DNA of 64,000 nucleotides from a virus (IMGVR_UViG_2713896905_000004:1-64000), one strand, 5' to 3'; positions 42,601 to 53,139 are shown, counted from the stretch's first letter. Notes: generated by a model from the sequence alone, not told the origin. Numbers and translations: made by a program.

Positions 42601-42618
42601 GCCCGGCATCAACCGGGC
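42601..42618. terminator. bidirectional terminator hairpin (GCCCGG-CATCAA-CCGGGC)
   Basis: Inverted repeat between convergent c1 and antirepressor genes. Confidence 0.5.
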
Positions 42619-42627
42619 ATTCTTCCA

Positions 42628-43746
42628 TTATTCAGCCGCCACCGGTTTTAACAAGCCAGCATCGAGCAGTTTACGCGTCAACCACTGCTGGCCTTTACCC
42701 GTTAATTGAGGCGTCAACCGTATCTGGTAGCCATCTTCATCATCCAGCACCACTTCTTTCACCGTGAAATACCCCGCGTTGATGTACTGCTGGAACGGCA
42801 CATTTTTACGTCCACCGGACGCTATCAGGATGCCGTTCTCCCGTAACCAGACAAACAGCGCGTTTTGCTTAAGTCCAACAACCTTTGCAAAATTCCCAAT
42901 CAGGATCCCTTTAGCTACTGATACCCGGTCGGCAAAATCGACCTTAGGAGCGGCGGCCACCAGCTGCTGATTTAGCTGGTGGGCTTTCTGTTCCAGAAGC
43001 TGCTTTTGTTCAGCCAGTTCGGCAGCCAGGCGTAGGGCTTCTGGTAATGTTTGGGGGATTGCAACCGGTTGCTGTTCTTTTTGCCGGAAGTAGCTGTCTT
43101 CCAGTTTTTCAAAGAATGCCCATGCCTGATCGGTTTCGAGCATTTTAGCGTGGCGGGCTGCGCCGCGTTCTGTCCAGAGGGTGAGTGAGCGAACATTGCG
43201 AGCAATTTTTACAGAGTAGTTTAAAGCTACTCTGTGCTTCAACTCGCGCAATGATTCTCCTTCAACTTTGAAAAAGTGCTTCCCTTCAACAAAGCGTACT
43301 TTGTTCTCATGATGATTTTGGCGAATACGGATTGTTTCTGTCCCATACCCTCTAGCAAGAGTCTCGGTTGTCACTACACGCACTCCCTGCCATTCCAGAA
43401 CGGGAATTTCATCAGACTGATTCTGAACAACCACCAGCTCCGATTCCTGAACTGAAGGTGCATGAATTTTTTCTGATTTAACGTTAGTTGCTTTCATTCT
43501 GTGTGCCTCCTTGCGTGCTTCGGCTGCGACGGTTGCGTAATTCAGATGACCCTGTTCGAGCAGGTATTCGCGGATATCAGACAACAGGATACGGTGAACC
43601 GCGTTCTTGTCCTTTCTCCGGTAAAGTTGTTTGGTGATCATGAAGTAGTTGGCAATAACGCCTGGTATATCCCTGGTACTGATACAGGCAGTGTGCTGTT
43701 CAATTGCCTCGATCATCTCTTCACGGGTAACTAACGATGTTCTCAT
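42628..43746 (-). CDS. antirepressor (ORF6N/KilA-N-like N-domain + KilAC/Ant C-domain), 372 aa
   Basis: 'IPVLEWQGVRVVTTETLARGYGTETIRIRQNHHENKVRFVEGKHFFKVEG' (ORF6N-like) and C-terminal 'FADRVSVAKGILIGNFAKVVGLKQNALFVWLRENGIL'. Confidence 0.75.
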   Translation of the reverse strand: MRTSLVTREEMIEAIEQHTACISTRDIPGVIANYFMITKQLYRRKDKNAVHRILLSDIREYLLEQGHLNYATVAAEARKEAHRMKATNVKSEKIHAPSVQESELVVVQNQSDEIPVLEWQGVRVVTTETLARGYGTETIRIRQNHHENKVRFVEGKHFFKVEGESLRELKHRVALNYSVKIARNVRSLTLWTERGAARHAKMLETDQAWAFFEKLEDSYFRQKEQQPVAIPQTLPEALRLAAELAEQKQLLEQKAHQLNQQLVAAAPKVDFADRVSVAKGILIGNFAKVVGLKQNALFVWLRENGILIASGGRKNVPFQQYINAGYFTVKEVVLDDEDGYQIRLTPQLTGKGQQWLTRKLLDAGLLKPVAAE

Positions 43747-43963
43747 AGTCCCTCCTGAGCAGAAGCGTTAACAGGGAGGCACCAGTAACTGAGAGAATTG
43801 CGTGAATCAGTGGAAAAACGGGCAGAGAAAATACATGGGGCGTCAGGAAGCTGAGAGCGGGCCTCATCTTCTGTTGGTGCAATAACGAAGTGATAGTGAC
43901 GTTTTTGGCAGGAGTAAAAGCGCCAGATAAATTCAGGATGAGTTGGGGTAGGGATAGTAGCCA
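43743..43963 (-). CDS. Icd-like small protein (73 aa) translationally coupled to antirepressor
   Basis: ATG at 43963 with AAGGAGG RBS; starts 'MATIPTPTHPEFIW'; ATGA overlap with ant ORF. The longer 187-codon frame upstream looks non-coding. Confidence 0.5.
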
Positions 43964-44130
43964 TATTGGCAGCCTCCTTAGACGTTGGTATGTAACCACC
44001 GCAGAAGAGACCAATCTTGCTGGCGGTGGACTGTACGGAGTTGGCCTTACTGGCGTCCAAGGTAACCAGCCTACCCGAAGGTAGCCCCATACAGCCCACC
44101 ATTGTAGAGGTGTGCGTGTACGCCGATACA

Positions 44131-44270
44131 AAAAAAGACGCGAGCGGCGTCTGTATCGCCTTAGACTTAAGCGGGAGGCCAATCCCGGCACCCGTTTTAA
44201 TGAGGTGCCTGATAAGCATAAACCGAAAATGCCTCAAGGCGCAAGAGGTCAGGTTCAATGTAACATCGGT
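44131..44270 (-). ncRNA. putative c4-like structured leader/antisense RNA upstream of icd-ant
   Basis: ~140-nt leader between an operator-like site and the icd RBS, ending in hairpin GACGCCGCTCGCGTC + T7 run (44131-44152) on the minus strand; boundaries approximate. Confidence 0.3.
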
Positions 44271-44282
44271 AGTTAAAAAACA

Positions 44283-44299
44283 CAATTCATTAGAGCAAA
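44283..44299. promoter_or_regulatory. C1 operator-like site (core ATTAGAGCAA, ~13/17)
   Basis: Partial operator match oriented for leftward transcription into the leader/icd/ant module. Confidence 0.4.
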
Positions 44300-44302
44300 T
44301 GT

Positions 44303-45787
44303 TCATTCATTAAGCCATGCCAGAGCTTCATCAACCTGCGCTTCGTCTTCGACGCTAAGCACTTCATCCTGGGGAACATAATCCGCCAGCATAGCGAAAC
44401 AATATGTATCCCAATGGTCTGGTGAGTGCAGGTTGAGTTTTTTCTTCATATCCTCCTTACTCATCACCTTCCATTGACCTGCGGAGTTAATCCCTACAGG
44501 GATTTTCGACGCTTCCTCAATAGTTTCATTACCCTTATCCAGTCTCATACGACCAGATTTTACGGCCTCTGCGGCTTGAACATTGGCATAAGCACGTTTA
44601 TCAAAGTACAGGCTCTTATCTTCACGGCTATGCATCTTTTTACCCCAGCGTATACGCTGTACGGTAATACCATAATACTCGTACATCAGATCCGCCGTTG
44701 CTTTACCCAGGCCATCGCCGTCTATCGCTATGGTGATATTGGGGAATCGCTCAGGATTACATTCTGCGAAAATTTTGGCGGCAAGCTGCGTTTCTGTAAC
44801 GTCTGTGTATTCCAGCATTCGATAGTTGATTACACGGCGTTTATTTCGCTGGCCGGACACCATCATGATATTGATAACGGACTTATCCCGTCCTGTACCA
44901 CCAGCAACGTCCACACATGCAAGCCAGCCCCATCCTTTGGCAATCTTGACTTTCCGCCGCGTCGCACGTTCAACCTCATCACGTCCAAGAAGGAAGCCAT
45001 CCTGTGATTTAGGGAATAGTCCGCGTACCTTAATCATGTACATAGGGTTATCACGCCCGCCGTACTCCGCCAGCTTCATTTTGATAAATGCTGGAGTTAC
45101 CAGCGGTGATTCCTCACTGTTAAGCGTGATCGCCGTATAAACGCCATCAGGGTTACCAGGACGCTTGGCCAGTTTATGGTGAGTATCGTAGAAATAGCCG
45201 CTTGGGCGTGTAGGCTGTGACAGTAATAAGATGCGGTTATCCTGTCCGGTAAGAGCACCGGTGATGATACCGAAAGCTCTATCACTGACACCGGAGGCTT
45301 CATCGATAATATACAGAAGATGATCTGCGTGTTCACCGGCGAGAGCTTCTTCACTTCCCAGACGAAAGCCCTTCGGTACTACAGTCCATACACCTTTACC
45401 AGTAACCTCATAGAAAGCGGTTTCTGTCAGAACAAAATAATCAGCAAGCCATGGAAAACGGCTGGTGGCAGTAGCCCAGTTTATCTTGATGTACTTGAAT
45501 ATACCGGTCATTACCTGCTGAATTTTGTTCGCAACGATAATGGCGCGGGCACCGGGATACATGATTATGAACAACATGATCATGATAGAAGTCATGTCTG
45601 ATTTCCCGGTACCGTGACCAGACGAAACAGATGTCTTGCTACCCTGTTCCTGCACAGACTCAATAATCAGATCCTGCTGCCAGGTAGGTGTTTTGCCGAA
45701 CAAAACATCAGCGGCAGCAATCCAGTCATAACGATATAGCGCCACCAGCTCGCGCCAACGTGGATCCGTTACGCAACTTCTGGCCAT
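44303..45787 (-). CDS. pacB: terminase large subunit PacB
   Basis: 494 aa; Walker A '[10 protein letters not shown]', Walker B '[10 protein letters not shown]'; directly downstream of pacA. Confidence 0.9.
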   Translation of the reverse strand: MARSCVTDPRWRELVALYRYDWIAAADVLFGKTPTWQQDLIIESVQEQGSKTSVSSGHGTGKSDMTSIMIMLFIIMYPGARAIIVANKIQQVMTGIFKYIKINWATATSRFPWLADYFVLTETAFYEVTGKGVWTVVPKGFRLGSEEALAGEHADHLLYIIDEASGVSDRAFGIITGALTGQDNRILLLSQPTRPSGYFYDTHHKLAKRPGNPDGVYTAITLNSEESPLVTPAFIKMKLAEYGGRDNPMYMIKVRGLFPKSQDGFLLGRDEVERATRRKVKIAKGWGWLACVDVAGGTGRDKSVINIMMVSGQRNKRRVINYRMLEYTDVTETQLAAKIFAECNPERFPNITIAIDGDGLGKATADLMYEYYGITVQRIRWGKKMHSREDKSLYFDKRAYANVQAAEAVKSGRMRLDKGNETIEEASKIPVGINSAGQWKVMSKEDMKKKLNLHSPDHWDTYCFAMLADYVPQDEVLSVEDEAQVDEALAWLNE

Positions 45788-46980
45788 TAATCATCATCCC
45801 CGTATAGCTTGCGGGTAACTTCTTCATCTTCCTCCTCGTCTTCGTCCAGGTCTTGTTCCAGCCATGGGTCGTTTGATACACCTTCAGTATCAACATCTCC
45901 ATAACCGCCTGTATCAACGATATCGGCGATTTCTTCCCTACGCTGCTCAATCCACAATGCGGCATCGGCGCGGCGGTTGGCGGCCCGTTCTCGCGCAACT
46001 TTGTCCAGATCTTCAAGAGAAGGGCCACCGACGGCTGTTTGCCTTTCCTCATCATCGGTATTGGTCTTAGGAGCACGCAGATCGGCTTTGATTTGCTCCA
46101 GCATCAGGGGCGGCACTTTTCCGCCATGCGCCTCGATGAATTCAGCTGCTTCCAGCACTGACCAGTTATTTTCACGCTTTCGTTCGTATGCCAGCTTAAC
46201 AATGCCAGCTTGCCCCATAGATAAAGCGTGCTTTTCCGCCTCCCGGCTTTCTTTTCGATAGTTATTCCGGATGCTGTAAATGGTGTTGATCAGGCTGCTT
46301 ATCTGCGCGGAACAGCTGTTTAGCATGCTCGCGATACGATATTCAGGCGGAGTCCCTTCATCATCGTCTTTTTGCTGATCGCGCATTTCCTGCACCAGAC
46401 GAATACACGTATCCCTGGCGTTCTCCAGCATAAGGAGATGAGAAAGAGACTTTTCCAGAAGAGTGGTTTCCAGAACATCGGCCCCGGACCGACGCAACAT
46501 AGCGCGCGCGGCCTTCCGCGCTTCAACGTTATCTATCAGGTAATCGCCAGCTTCGAATTCAAAGCGTTCACCATCATCATCCAGGGTGTCGCGTTCCAGG
46601 CGATCACGTAAGGTCCGGTGGGCGCGGGTGATCACGTCATGATCATCAGAACGATCATTTATGCGCTTATTCTGGCGCTTCGCGTTCTCGACTGCGGCAC
46701 TGACAACAGCATTAACTCTTTGTTTTTCAGCCATTTCAGCCACAATGTGATCACCTGCACGTTGATCATTAGCGTGATCAATGATCATGCTTTTTAGTGG
46801 TTTTCTGACAGGCTTATTTGGCTTACGGCTGTCCGCTGTTCCGGTGTCTTCTTTGAATGCACGGAGATAACGACGTGCGGTGTTTGGGTTGAGATTAAAC
46901 TCGGCGGCATATTGTGCGATGGTGTAACCACCATCTCGCGCCAGGCGAGCAAAATTCTTCTTGTGATCGTCCCAGGTCAC
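45787..46980 (-). CDS. pacA: terminase small subunit PacA (contains pac site)
   Basis: 397 aa; N-terminal HTH-like region, acidic C-terminus; pac hexamer clusters lie within it. Confidence 0.8.
   Translation of the reverse strand: MTWDDHKKNFARLARDGGYTIAQYAAEFNLNPNTARRYLRAFKEDTGTADSRKPNKPVRKPLKSMIIDHANDQRAGDHIVAEMAEKQRVNAVVSAAVENAKRQNKRINDRSDDHDVITRAHRTLRDRLERDTLDDDGERFEFEAGDYLIDNVEARKAARAMLRRSGADVLETTLLEKSLSHLLMLENARDTCIRLVQEMRDQQKDDDEGTPPEYRIASMLNSCSAQISSLINTIYSIRNNYRKESREAEKHALSMGQAGIVKLAYERKRENNWSVLEAAEFIEAHGGKVPPLMLEQIKADLRAPKTNTDDEERQTAVGGPSLEDLDKVARERAANRRADAALWIEQRREEIADIVDTGGYGDVDTEGVSNDPWLEQDLDEDEEEDEEVTRKLYGDDD
46628..46787. other. pac: pac packaging site: 3 + 4 TGATCA/CGATCA hexamers (Dam GATC sites) flanking a ~90-bp spacer
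   Basis: Hexamers at 46628, 46639, 46651 and 46748, 46763, 46775, 46782; matches the 4/3 hexanucleotide architecture of P1 pac. Confidence 0.7.
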
Positions 46981-47066
46981 TTATGCTTCCTTTCGTATAA
47001 AACTCTTTTTGACGCGAGGGTAACGAAAGTCACATGTCAAAAGGCCCGGAACGGGCAAGCAATCAA

Positions 47067-47519
47067 TCAGATACGTGCGGATGTGGCATTACCGTAATGA
47101 CGGTGCTGACGGACCACCTTATTGAAAAGTTGACGCGCCATCACCCAAGGCTGGTGCTCCCGGCGTTCCTTTTCGTCCTGCGTCATATAGAGTTCGTTCT
47201 GGAGTTTTTCATCAAACCGGCGCGGAGCGCGGCTGCGGCGAAAGAATTCAGGATTCAGAGAGTGGATCTGAAATCTACGTGGGCGTGTACTGTCATCAAT
47301 CAAAACAGACGAATACTTAGACACAGCGATAGCCTTTAAGCGCAGATAAACATCGCGCTTATCGACATCCAGATGCGGGTATTCCTTTTCAAGAATTGCT
47401 GCGAGTTCTTTCGCTGATAGAAGAGATTTAGTGCGGATCATGTAATCCGCAATCTCGTACGATGTTATTCGTGAGTGATTTATTTCCATGAAGTGGCGTC
47501 CCTGCCAGTTAAGTAACAT
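47067..47519 (-). CDS. lpa: late promoter activator Lpa-like (150 aa)
   Basis: Position immediately upstream of pacA and downstream of a C1 operator, as for P1 lpa (gene 10). Confidence 0.6.
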   Translation of the reverse strand: MLLNWQGRHFMEINHSRITSYEIADYMIRTKSLLSAKELAAILEKEYPHLDVDKRDVYLRLKAIAVSKYSSVLIDDSTRPRRFQIHSLNPEFFRRSRAPRRFDEKLQNELYMTQDEKERREHQPWVMARQLFNKVVRQHRHYGNATSARI

Positions 47520-47589
47520 CCTGTCACCTACTGATTAGCCCATGTCAACTAATCAACGTCGAATATAATACCCTCGATTAAAGAAATAG

Positions 47590-47606
47590 CAATACATTAG
47601 AGCAAT
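47590..47606. promoter_or_regulatory. C1 operator-like site upstream of lpa
   Basis: 'caatacattagagcaat' = reverse complement ATTGCTCTAATGTATTG. Confidence 0.55.
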
Positions 47607-47607
47607 T

Positions 47608-48651
47608 TTATCTAACGCTCGACGAGTGACTTGTGATAGCGCCGACTCCAAGCGCGTAATCAAAGAACAATCGTTGATGCATCGCCAGCCTACCGTGCGT
47701 CTTCTCCCAATTATCGCGGTCACGCTCAATATCACGCTGGCATGACTGGCACAGAGGAATAGCATAAATGTCATGCGCGCATAATCGACTATGACGAACG
47801 ATATAAGGCGTAATGTGAGCGCCAGCTCCCGCAGCTCCACAGCCACAGCATGGACGGGAAGCCACAAAGTCCATGTACTCGGGCAATTTTAGCGATTGAA
47901 GTTTTGGTATTTTGAAATGCGCCATACCTGGGTCGGAGTCAACATCCACAGGGCATACTTTTGCACGCATCGGCGCGGCGCGTTCTTCCATCATCTGAAC
48001 ATATGCTGTAGCGCGATCGTCATACGGGCGAATATCCGCCTCTTTCAGAGGTCCGCTATCCTGCGGAGTAGCCTTCATCTTATTTATTGATATGCGGCAG
48101 ACTTCTTCCGGCATCAGGTGCATCATGTTGCGCATGAAAGCCCACCAGCACAGCTCCTGAATACTTAAATCATGGCTATTTGAAAGGCCCATTTCCTGAC
48201 GGGCGACATCCAGTATCCAGTTAACGCGATTATTGTGCAGCGTTTCTTTCAGCTCATTAAAACCACGCATCCGGTAATGGTTATCGTGATGCCAGCACAA
48301 CAACACCGCGCTATTGTCTCGTTCTGCGTGGACAATATGGTTGTCACACCAGCTACGATCTGCGGCCTGGCATTGCCCCTCTTTCCTGCGCAACCACGCC
48401 ACCAGCGCGTCAATTCCACCAATACGGCGAAACAGTTCATCGCTGTTAAAAAACGGCTGCAACGCCTCATTTGTTGCCATAGTTTGCTCGGAAACAACGA
48501 GGCCGTCGTCCATGTGCTCGATTAACTCACGCGGCACCGGCTCCATAATAAATTTACGGCCAGCCTCCACCAGCTTTCTGACTTCCTGATCCACTTTGAA
48601 TGTGGCGACGCCAAGCTCTTTTTGTACAAAGGGAGTAATTACGGCTTTCAC
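47608..48651 (-). CDS. Cys-rich protein downstream of doc (PdcB position), 347 aa
   Basis: C-terminal Cys cluster '[12 protein letters not shown]...CAHD...CQSCQRD'; synteny with the P1 phd-doc-pdcA-pdcB operon. Confidence 0.5.
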   Translation of the reverse strand: MKAVITPFVQKELGVATFKVDQEVRKLVEAGRKFIMEPVPRELIEHMDDGLVVSEQTMATNEALQPFFNSDELFRRIGGIDALVAWLRRKEGQCQAADRSWCDNHIVHAERDNSAVLLCWHHDNHYRMRGFNELKETLHNNRVNWILDVARQEMGLSNSHDLSIQELCWWAFMRNMMHLMPEEVCRISINKMKATPQDSGPLKEADIRPYDDRATAYVQMMEERAAPMRAKVCPVDVDSDPGMAHFKIPKLQSLKLPEYMDFVASRPCCGCGAAGAGAHITPYIVRHSRLCAHDIYAIPLCQSCQRDIERDRDNWEKTHGRLAMHQRLFFDYALGVGAITSHSSSVR

Positions 48652-48678
48652 ATCACACCTTTCATCACTGATTGGGCT

Positions 48679-48879
48679 TTATCTGCTGCCCGGCATTCTC
48701 TGTTTAAGCACAACCATTTCCTGACGGCATAACACAGCAATAGCGGTCCTGGCACCAATTTGCTTACCAACCAGGTATTGCTTTACCTCGCGGCGACTCA
48801 CGCCATCAAGAAGCATCTTTAACGCTTCACGGGACAACTTGTTGTATTTGCGTGCCATTAATCTACTCCGCAGAACCAT
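48679..48879 (-). CDS. small basic protein (PdcA position), 66 aa
   Basis: Overlaps doc 3' end; same strand. Confidence 0.4.
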
Positions 48880-49243
48880 ACAATCTACGTAACGTGTCGG
48901 CGACAGAAGATACAGATATCTCGCCAGTCGCAGCGCCTACGGTAAGGTCTGCCAGTTCAGGTGAATCAAATACCTGCACCCCGTTACGGCGTAGAAATAG
49001 CAGCGCACTGTTTAGCGCGGTACGCTTATTGGCATCATTGAATATATGCCCTCTCGCTGTAGCCACCAGGTAGGTGGCGGAGACTTCGAAAAGGTCGGTG
49101 ATCTCTTCGTAGGCAACTCTGGCCTGAACTCTCCCGATAATGGCCTCTGCCCTACCCGGATCAGACATTCCCGGCAGGCCGCCGTAGCGGCTTATATTCG
49201 CATCATGAAGCGCAATAAGTTCTTCCGGTGATATATGCCTCAT
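48863..49243 (-). CDS. doc: Doc toxin (death on curing; Fic-fold kinase)
   Basis: 126 aa; '[13 protein letters not shown]' Fic-like motif; matches P1 Doc as recalled. Confidence 0.95.
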
Positions 49244-49464
49244 TATCGGTTAACCAGTTCCTTGTTGGTGGAGTCCAGGGTGTCAAATAGGGATGCAAAT
49301 TCAGCATCCAGCGCCGCTTTTTTGTAGGCTTCGAAAGTAGCCTTGCTGACAATTACTGCTGGCTCACGGCCTCTGCGGGTGATTTCAACCTCTTCCCCGG
49401 CTTCAACATTGTTGAGCACTTCAGAAAGGTTGCCGCGCGCGGTACGGAAGTTAATGGATTGCAT
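49243..49464 (-). CDS. phd: Phd antitoxin (prevents host death)
   Basis: 73 aa from ATG 49464: '[41 protein letters not shown]...'; ATGA overlap with doc. Confidence 0.95.
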
Positions 49465-49471
49465 AAACACC

Positions 49472-49496
49472 TCGTGTACTCGTTATGTGTACACAA
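49472..49496. promoter_or_regulatory. phd-doc operator/promoter palindromes (GTGTACTC ... GTGTACAC)
   Basis: Two GTGTAC-core palindromes immediately upstream of the phd start codon. Confidence 0.5.
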
Positions 49497-49536
49497 TTAT
49501 AAACTTCACAGGCATAAAGCACCAGCACTTTGCAGC

Positions 49537-49926
49537 TTAAATGACCGGACAATCATCAAACTCCCCACTCCGGGCATCATTGATGACATGAGTGATCACA
49601 CCAAAAACAGCATTACTACCTGTGTAACCATCGTCATCTACTGGTAACGCCTCTTTCTTCCCGGTGCTTAAATCCTCCAGGTGCTGGCGCGGATACTTTC
49701 GGTATCTCTTTATGCGATATTCACCCTCCATAGCGCACACAAGCAGAGAACCATCAACCGGAGTAAGCGAGGAATCAACCACCAGCAAAGCACCCTGCAA
49801 TATTCCCTCACGGTGATGGCTATCAGCTGCCCGCATGAAGTAGGTTGCTGATGGATGCCTGATTAGTTGCTGATCAAGAGAAATTCGGCTTTCAACATAA
49901 TCCGCCGCAGGAGAAGGGAAGCCCAT
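49537..49926 (-). CDS. humD: HumD, UmuD' homologue (SOS mutagenesis accessory)
   Basis: LexA/UmuD-type peptidase S24 fold ('LLVVDSSLTPVDGSLLVCAMEGEYRIKRY'); LexA box immediately upstream. Confidence 0.85.
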   Translation of the reverse strand: MGFPSPAADYVESRISLDQQLIRHPSATYFMRAADSHHREGILQGALLVVDSSLTPVDGSLLVCAMEGEYRIKRYRKYPRQHLEDLSTGKKEALPVDDDGYTGSNAVFGVITHVINDARSGEFDDCPVI

Positions 49927-49945
49927 AGCGTTTTCACCTCAATAA

Positions 49946-49965
49946 TACTGTTCATTTATACAGTA
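49946..49965. promoter_or_regulatory. LexA (SOS) box TACTGTTCATTTATACAGTA
   Basis: CTG-N10-CAG with flanking TA/TA, 20 bp upstream of the humD start; also faces the divergent 50101 gene. Confidence 0.7.
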
Positions 49966-50100
49966 TACATTAAAGAGACACCTTTGGCGCAAACGCGTTA
50001 CGTACATCAACCACCGCTGATGATTTTGTGCTCTTTGCTACTATTCATCACCAACGGATCAGCGTAACCTCGTTGCCAATCAGTTAATAAGGAATTAGCT

Positions 50101-50685
50101 ATGCCTAATCGCATTCCTCTCGATCCTGTATTGCCCAAAAATTTTGACTGCACTCCTAACGAGAAACGCTCTAAAGCTCAGCTGGACGCCTGGTGGGACC
50201 ATCCCTATGGGGTTACAGAACATGACGGGAAAATTGTTGTTTATTGTCTGAATGGTGGCGCGTGGGACCGCCCATCCGTGCTTGGTTTGGCAAATAACTA
50301 TGATGAAGCCTGTGAACTTGCCGAAAGACAGCAGGCTAGATGGGTGAAAACACGGTCACAGCCGACATTCATGTTTTCAAAAGAACCGCCATTTATACTG
50401 GCGAGGATGCCGCAGCGACCGGATCATCAACAAGAAATTGTTGCTGAATTTTCCTCAAGGGATGAGATGAATCTCTTCTCATTAAAGCAGGAAGAAAGGG
50501 AGCGCGTCGAAGTGTCTCCAACTCTCGACCACAACCGGATGAACCTGGCCCAACTCGCCTGGTACAGCAAAGAATTAGAGATGTCTATTGCCCGACTTGA
50601 AAACGAAAAAGCCGCTATCCAAGCCCAGCATGAAGTAGTTCTGAACCGGATTAGAGAAATGCAAAACGATAACAGGGGATTTTGA
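50101..50685 (+). CDS. hypothetical protein (194 aa), likely SOS-regulated (lxr position)
   Basis: AGCTATG start; divergent from humD across the LexA box. Confidence 0.5.
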   Translation: MPNRIPLDPVLPKNFDCTPNEKRSKAQLDAWWDHPYGVTEHDGKIVVYCLNGGAWDRPSVLGLANNYDEACELAERQQARWVKTRSQPTFMFSKEPPFILARMPQRPDHQQEIVAEFSSRDEMNLFSLKQEERERVEVSPTLDHNRMNLAQLAWYSKELEMSIARLENEKAAIQAQHEVVLNRIREMQNDNRGF

Positions 50686-51048
50686 ATGGCTAAAATCGAG
50701 TACCATCGCGATCGCGGTAATTACCTGGAAATATACGATCATGAATCTCTTAACGATATCAACGATGCGTTATATGAATACTGTGAAAAAACGAGCATCA
50801 CAGATGCACCTGATGCATTTGTCGAGCTACCGGTATATCTCCGCGACATCTATGCAATACGAACACCGCCCGTATCGGTGATCCACATTGGCTATGTCCG
50901 CCTGTCCATCGAAGAAGATGAAGATCGATATATCGTGCGCCACTATACATTGGACAGAAAAGAGCTTCCCAATGAATGGAACATGAGTAATTTCTACAAC
51001 GGTGAATATGGCTTAAAACCCGCTAAGAATGGCGCGGGCATTGCGTAA
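50686..51048 (+). CDS. hypothetical protein (120 aa)
   Basis: Immediately follows previous ORF (stop/start adjacent). Confidence 0.45.
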   Translation: MAKIEYHRDRGNYLEIYDHESLNDINDALYEYCEKTSITDAPDAFVELPVYLRDIYAIRTPPVSVIHIGYVRLSIEEDEDRYIVRHYTLDRKELPNEWNMSNFYNGEYGLKPAKNGAGIA

Positions 51049-51059
51049 TAGCCTAACAA

Positions 51060-51299
51060 CTATTCTGTTTTCTGATATGCCGGATCGTTCCCTTTTGGCA
51101 ACTGGAGGCTTAACTGCCGATAGTGCCGTAACCGTTCCATGAAATAGGTGCGCAGATTCTCTGGTTGCTCGCGGGCTACCTGTTCAGCTATGACAGGTAT
51201 GTTCAATCGCTCTTTGTACGCCACACCGCTGGCAGCCAGATCAACGTTAACCTTATCCCGTTCTTCCTGACTTTTAGCTGCAATATTCCAGTCGCTCAT
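51060..51299 (-). CDS. hot: Hot, homologue of DNA polymerase III theta subunit
   Basis: '[43 protein letters not shown]' closely parallels E. coli HolE as recalled. Confidence 0.85.
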   Translation of the reverse strand: MSDWNIAAKSQEERDKVNVDLAASGVAYKERLNIPVIAEQVAREQPENLRTYFMERLRHYRQLSLQLPKGNDPAYQKTE

Positions 51300-51301
51300 A
51301 T

Positions 51302-51574
51302 TTAAGGCTCACATTTCCAGATGGTATTCTGAACACCCGAACCGGGCGCAAGATTAGGGTTAGCGTTCGCGCTATGCTGATATACTGCTTTAGACTTCCC
51401 ATATTGCTGACAGGCTTTATCTGCGGTTTTTTGCAGGCTATCCAGGCCATACCAACCATCTGACTGTATGCTTACCTTTTCACCGTCGTTGTATTGCACC
51501 ATTGCACACCCAGATATAGCCAGTATCGCGCCGACAATAACGCTTTTCCATAAAACTCTATGCAACATATACAA
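51302..51574 (-). CDS. putative lipoprotein (90 aa)
   Basis: Signal peptide with lipobox 'LAISGC'. Confidence 0.55.
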   Translation of the reverse strand: MYMLHRVLWKSVIVGAILAISGCAMVQYNDGEKVSIQSDGWYGLDSLQKTADKACQQYGKSKAVYQHSANANPNLAPGSGVQNTIWKCEP

Positions 51575-51613
51575 AAATCCCCTCTGTGAATTGAGGGGAT
51601 TTTAGCATGGTGA

Positions 51614-52387
51614 TCAGATATCGGCCTTATTCGGAATTTTATCAGCCACCAGCGGCAATAAAGCCTTCGCCATTTCATGAACCAACATGGCATCAATGAC
51701 GCCTAGCGTATGGCCCGGCTTAATCTTTAATGCGGCCTCAAGATAGCCTCTTTCCAGAGTGGTTTTTACGCTTTTCTTGGGCGATTGTTGGGAACTATCC
51801 GGAAAATCCGGATGGTTGCCAGCCACATAAGCTACCCGCAACCAGTGCATGAATGTTTCCGCAGACACACAACCGCAGTCCACATCGATTTTCCCGCGTT
51901 GCTGTTCCAGCCATTGCTCAAAATCTAACTTGTAAGCCTTACTTTCAGGTTCATCACCATTGAACTCGACTTTCTGCGACGCTATGAGAGCAGCTTCGTA
52001 TTGTTCGCGAGTGACAACTGACTGGTATTCATCGCTATCAAGGTCACCGATTGGAAGCTCAATCTCACAACAAAAATTGCGCCCAAAGAAAGTGTCTTTT
52101 TTGTGGTCCGAGCCAAAAGCAAAAGTCGCGCATGGCGCCATTAAATTGGCACTGAGCAGGCGACAATCGATCATACCATCAGGCCACCCGCCGCACTTGG
52201 GCAGCTCCTTCACTAACAAGTCGATAAGCTTCATTTTTTTATCATCTTTGCAAGCCGCCAAAGCCATTTGGGCAAGTGCCAATACTTCATCTGCCGTATA
52301 TCCAGCACCGTGACCATACATTTCGATACGGGAAATAATCTCTGATATACGCTCTTCAGTGATTCTGGTCATTTCTTTTTGCGCCAT
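51614..52387 (-). CDS. hypothetical protein (257 aa)
   Basis: ORF in a long same-strand accessory operon. Confidence 0.5.
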   Translation of the reverse strand: MAQKEMTRITEERISEIISRIEMYGHGAGYTADEVLALAQMALAACKDDKKMKLIDLLVKELPKCGGWPDGMIDCRLLSANLMAPCATFAFGSDHKKDTFFGRNFCCEIELPIGDLDSDEYQSVVTREQYEAALIASQKVEFNGDEPESKAYKLDFEQWLEQQRGKIDVDCGCVSAETFMHWLRVAYVAGNHPDFPDSSQQSPKKSVKTTLERGYLEAALKIKPGHTLGVIDAMLVHEMAKALLPLVADKIPNKADI

Positions 52388-52743
52388 TTCTTTTCACATT
52401 CCTTAGTCCATTTTTCAATGTTCATTTTGGCAATATCAGTCATTCCATCACCTAAGAAATACTTTTTCCGGTATGTCTTGCACTTAAACCACACTACAAC
52501 AGCCACCAGCCAGAAAATAAAAGGCCATACAGCAATACCAACGACAGCCGCGATAAAGCCCAATAGCCATAAATGAAGCTCTCCAACTTCTGTTTCCGGC
52601 AATATTCTTAAAGAATTAAACAGCAGGCTGAACGAATGGTCGTATGCATTGGCAGTATAAGACATGCAATCCATATAATTAAAGTCATAGCCTGCGGCTG
52701 CCGCCCATAATGGGCGGTCAAGAAAATGTTTTAGTGTCATCAT
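52369..52743 (-). CDS. small membrane protein (124 aa)
   Basis: Hydrophobic segment 'LWLLGFIAAVVGIAVWPFIFWLVAVVVWF'. Confidence 0.45.
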   Translation of the reverse strand: MMTLKHFLDRPLWAAAAGYDFNYMDCMSYTANAYDHSFSLLFNSLRILPETEVGELHLWLLGFIAAVVGIAVWPFIFWLVAVVVWFKCKTYRKKYFLGDGMTDIAKMNIEKWTKECEKKWRKKK

Positions 52744-52749
52744 ATAAAT

Positions 52750-53139
52750 TCAAGGTTCAGACCAGTTATCTTCAATAGCAATGCTTAATCTTTGTAGCCA
52801 TTCTGCTAATTTCAGCATTGCTTCTCTTTCGCTTAAACCACGAGGAAAATCATCAAGTGAAATTGTTGGCTTGAATCCCCCGTAATTATCCATTTCAACT
52901 GTCAGATTTTGTTCCAGCACGGTATTTCTTACGCGACTATTGTGCCGGAGCAAATATACTGAGCGTGATTTATTGGTTTTGTGGTCTAGCTTATATTCGG
53001 TAAGTATCATCTGGCTTTTGCCATGATTATTACCTCTCCACATACTTACCTCACTTAATAAAACAACTCCATGCGTAGTTGATGATTTTTCCCCACGTAA
53101 TATAAATCTGCACTCCGGCAGTAAAACCAAAGCCAACAA
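52750..53139 (-). CDS. hypothetical protein (129 aa)
   Basis: ORF in operon; AT-rich. Confidence 0.4.
   Translation of the reverse strand: MLALVLLPECRFILRGEKSSTTHGVVLLSEVSMWRGNNHGKSQMILTEYKLDHKTNKSRSVYLLRHNSRVRNTVLEQNLTVEMDNYGGFKPTISLDDFPRGLSEREAMLKLAEWLQRLSIAIEDNWSEP

Noticed and set aside
43964-44306. N-terminal 114 codons of the 187-aa minus-strand ORF upstream of the icd-like start
   Set aside because: Translation is low-complexity with no RBS at its ATG, and it overlaps an operator-like site and a terminator-like hairpin; only the C-terminal 73 codons, with a strong RBS, were kept as a CDS.
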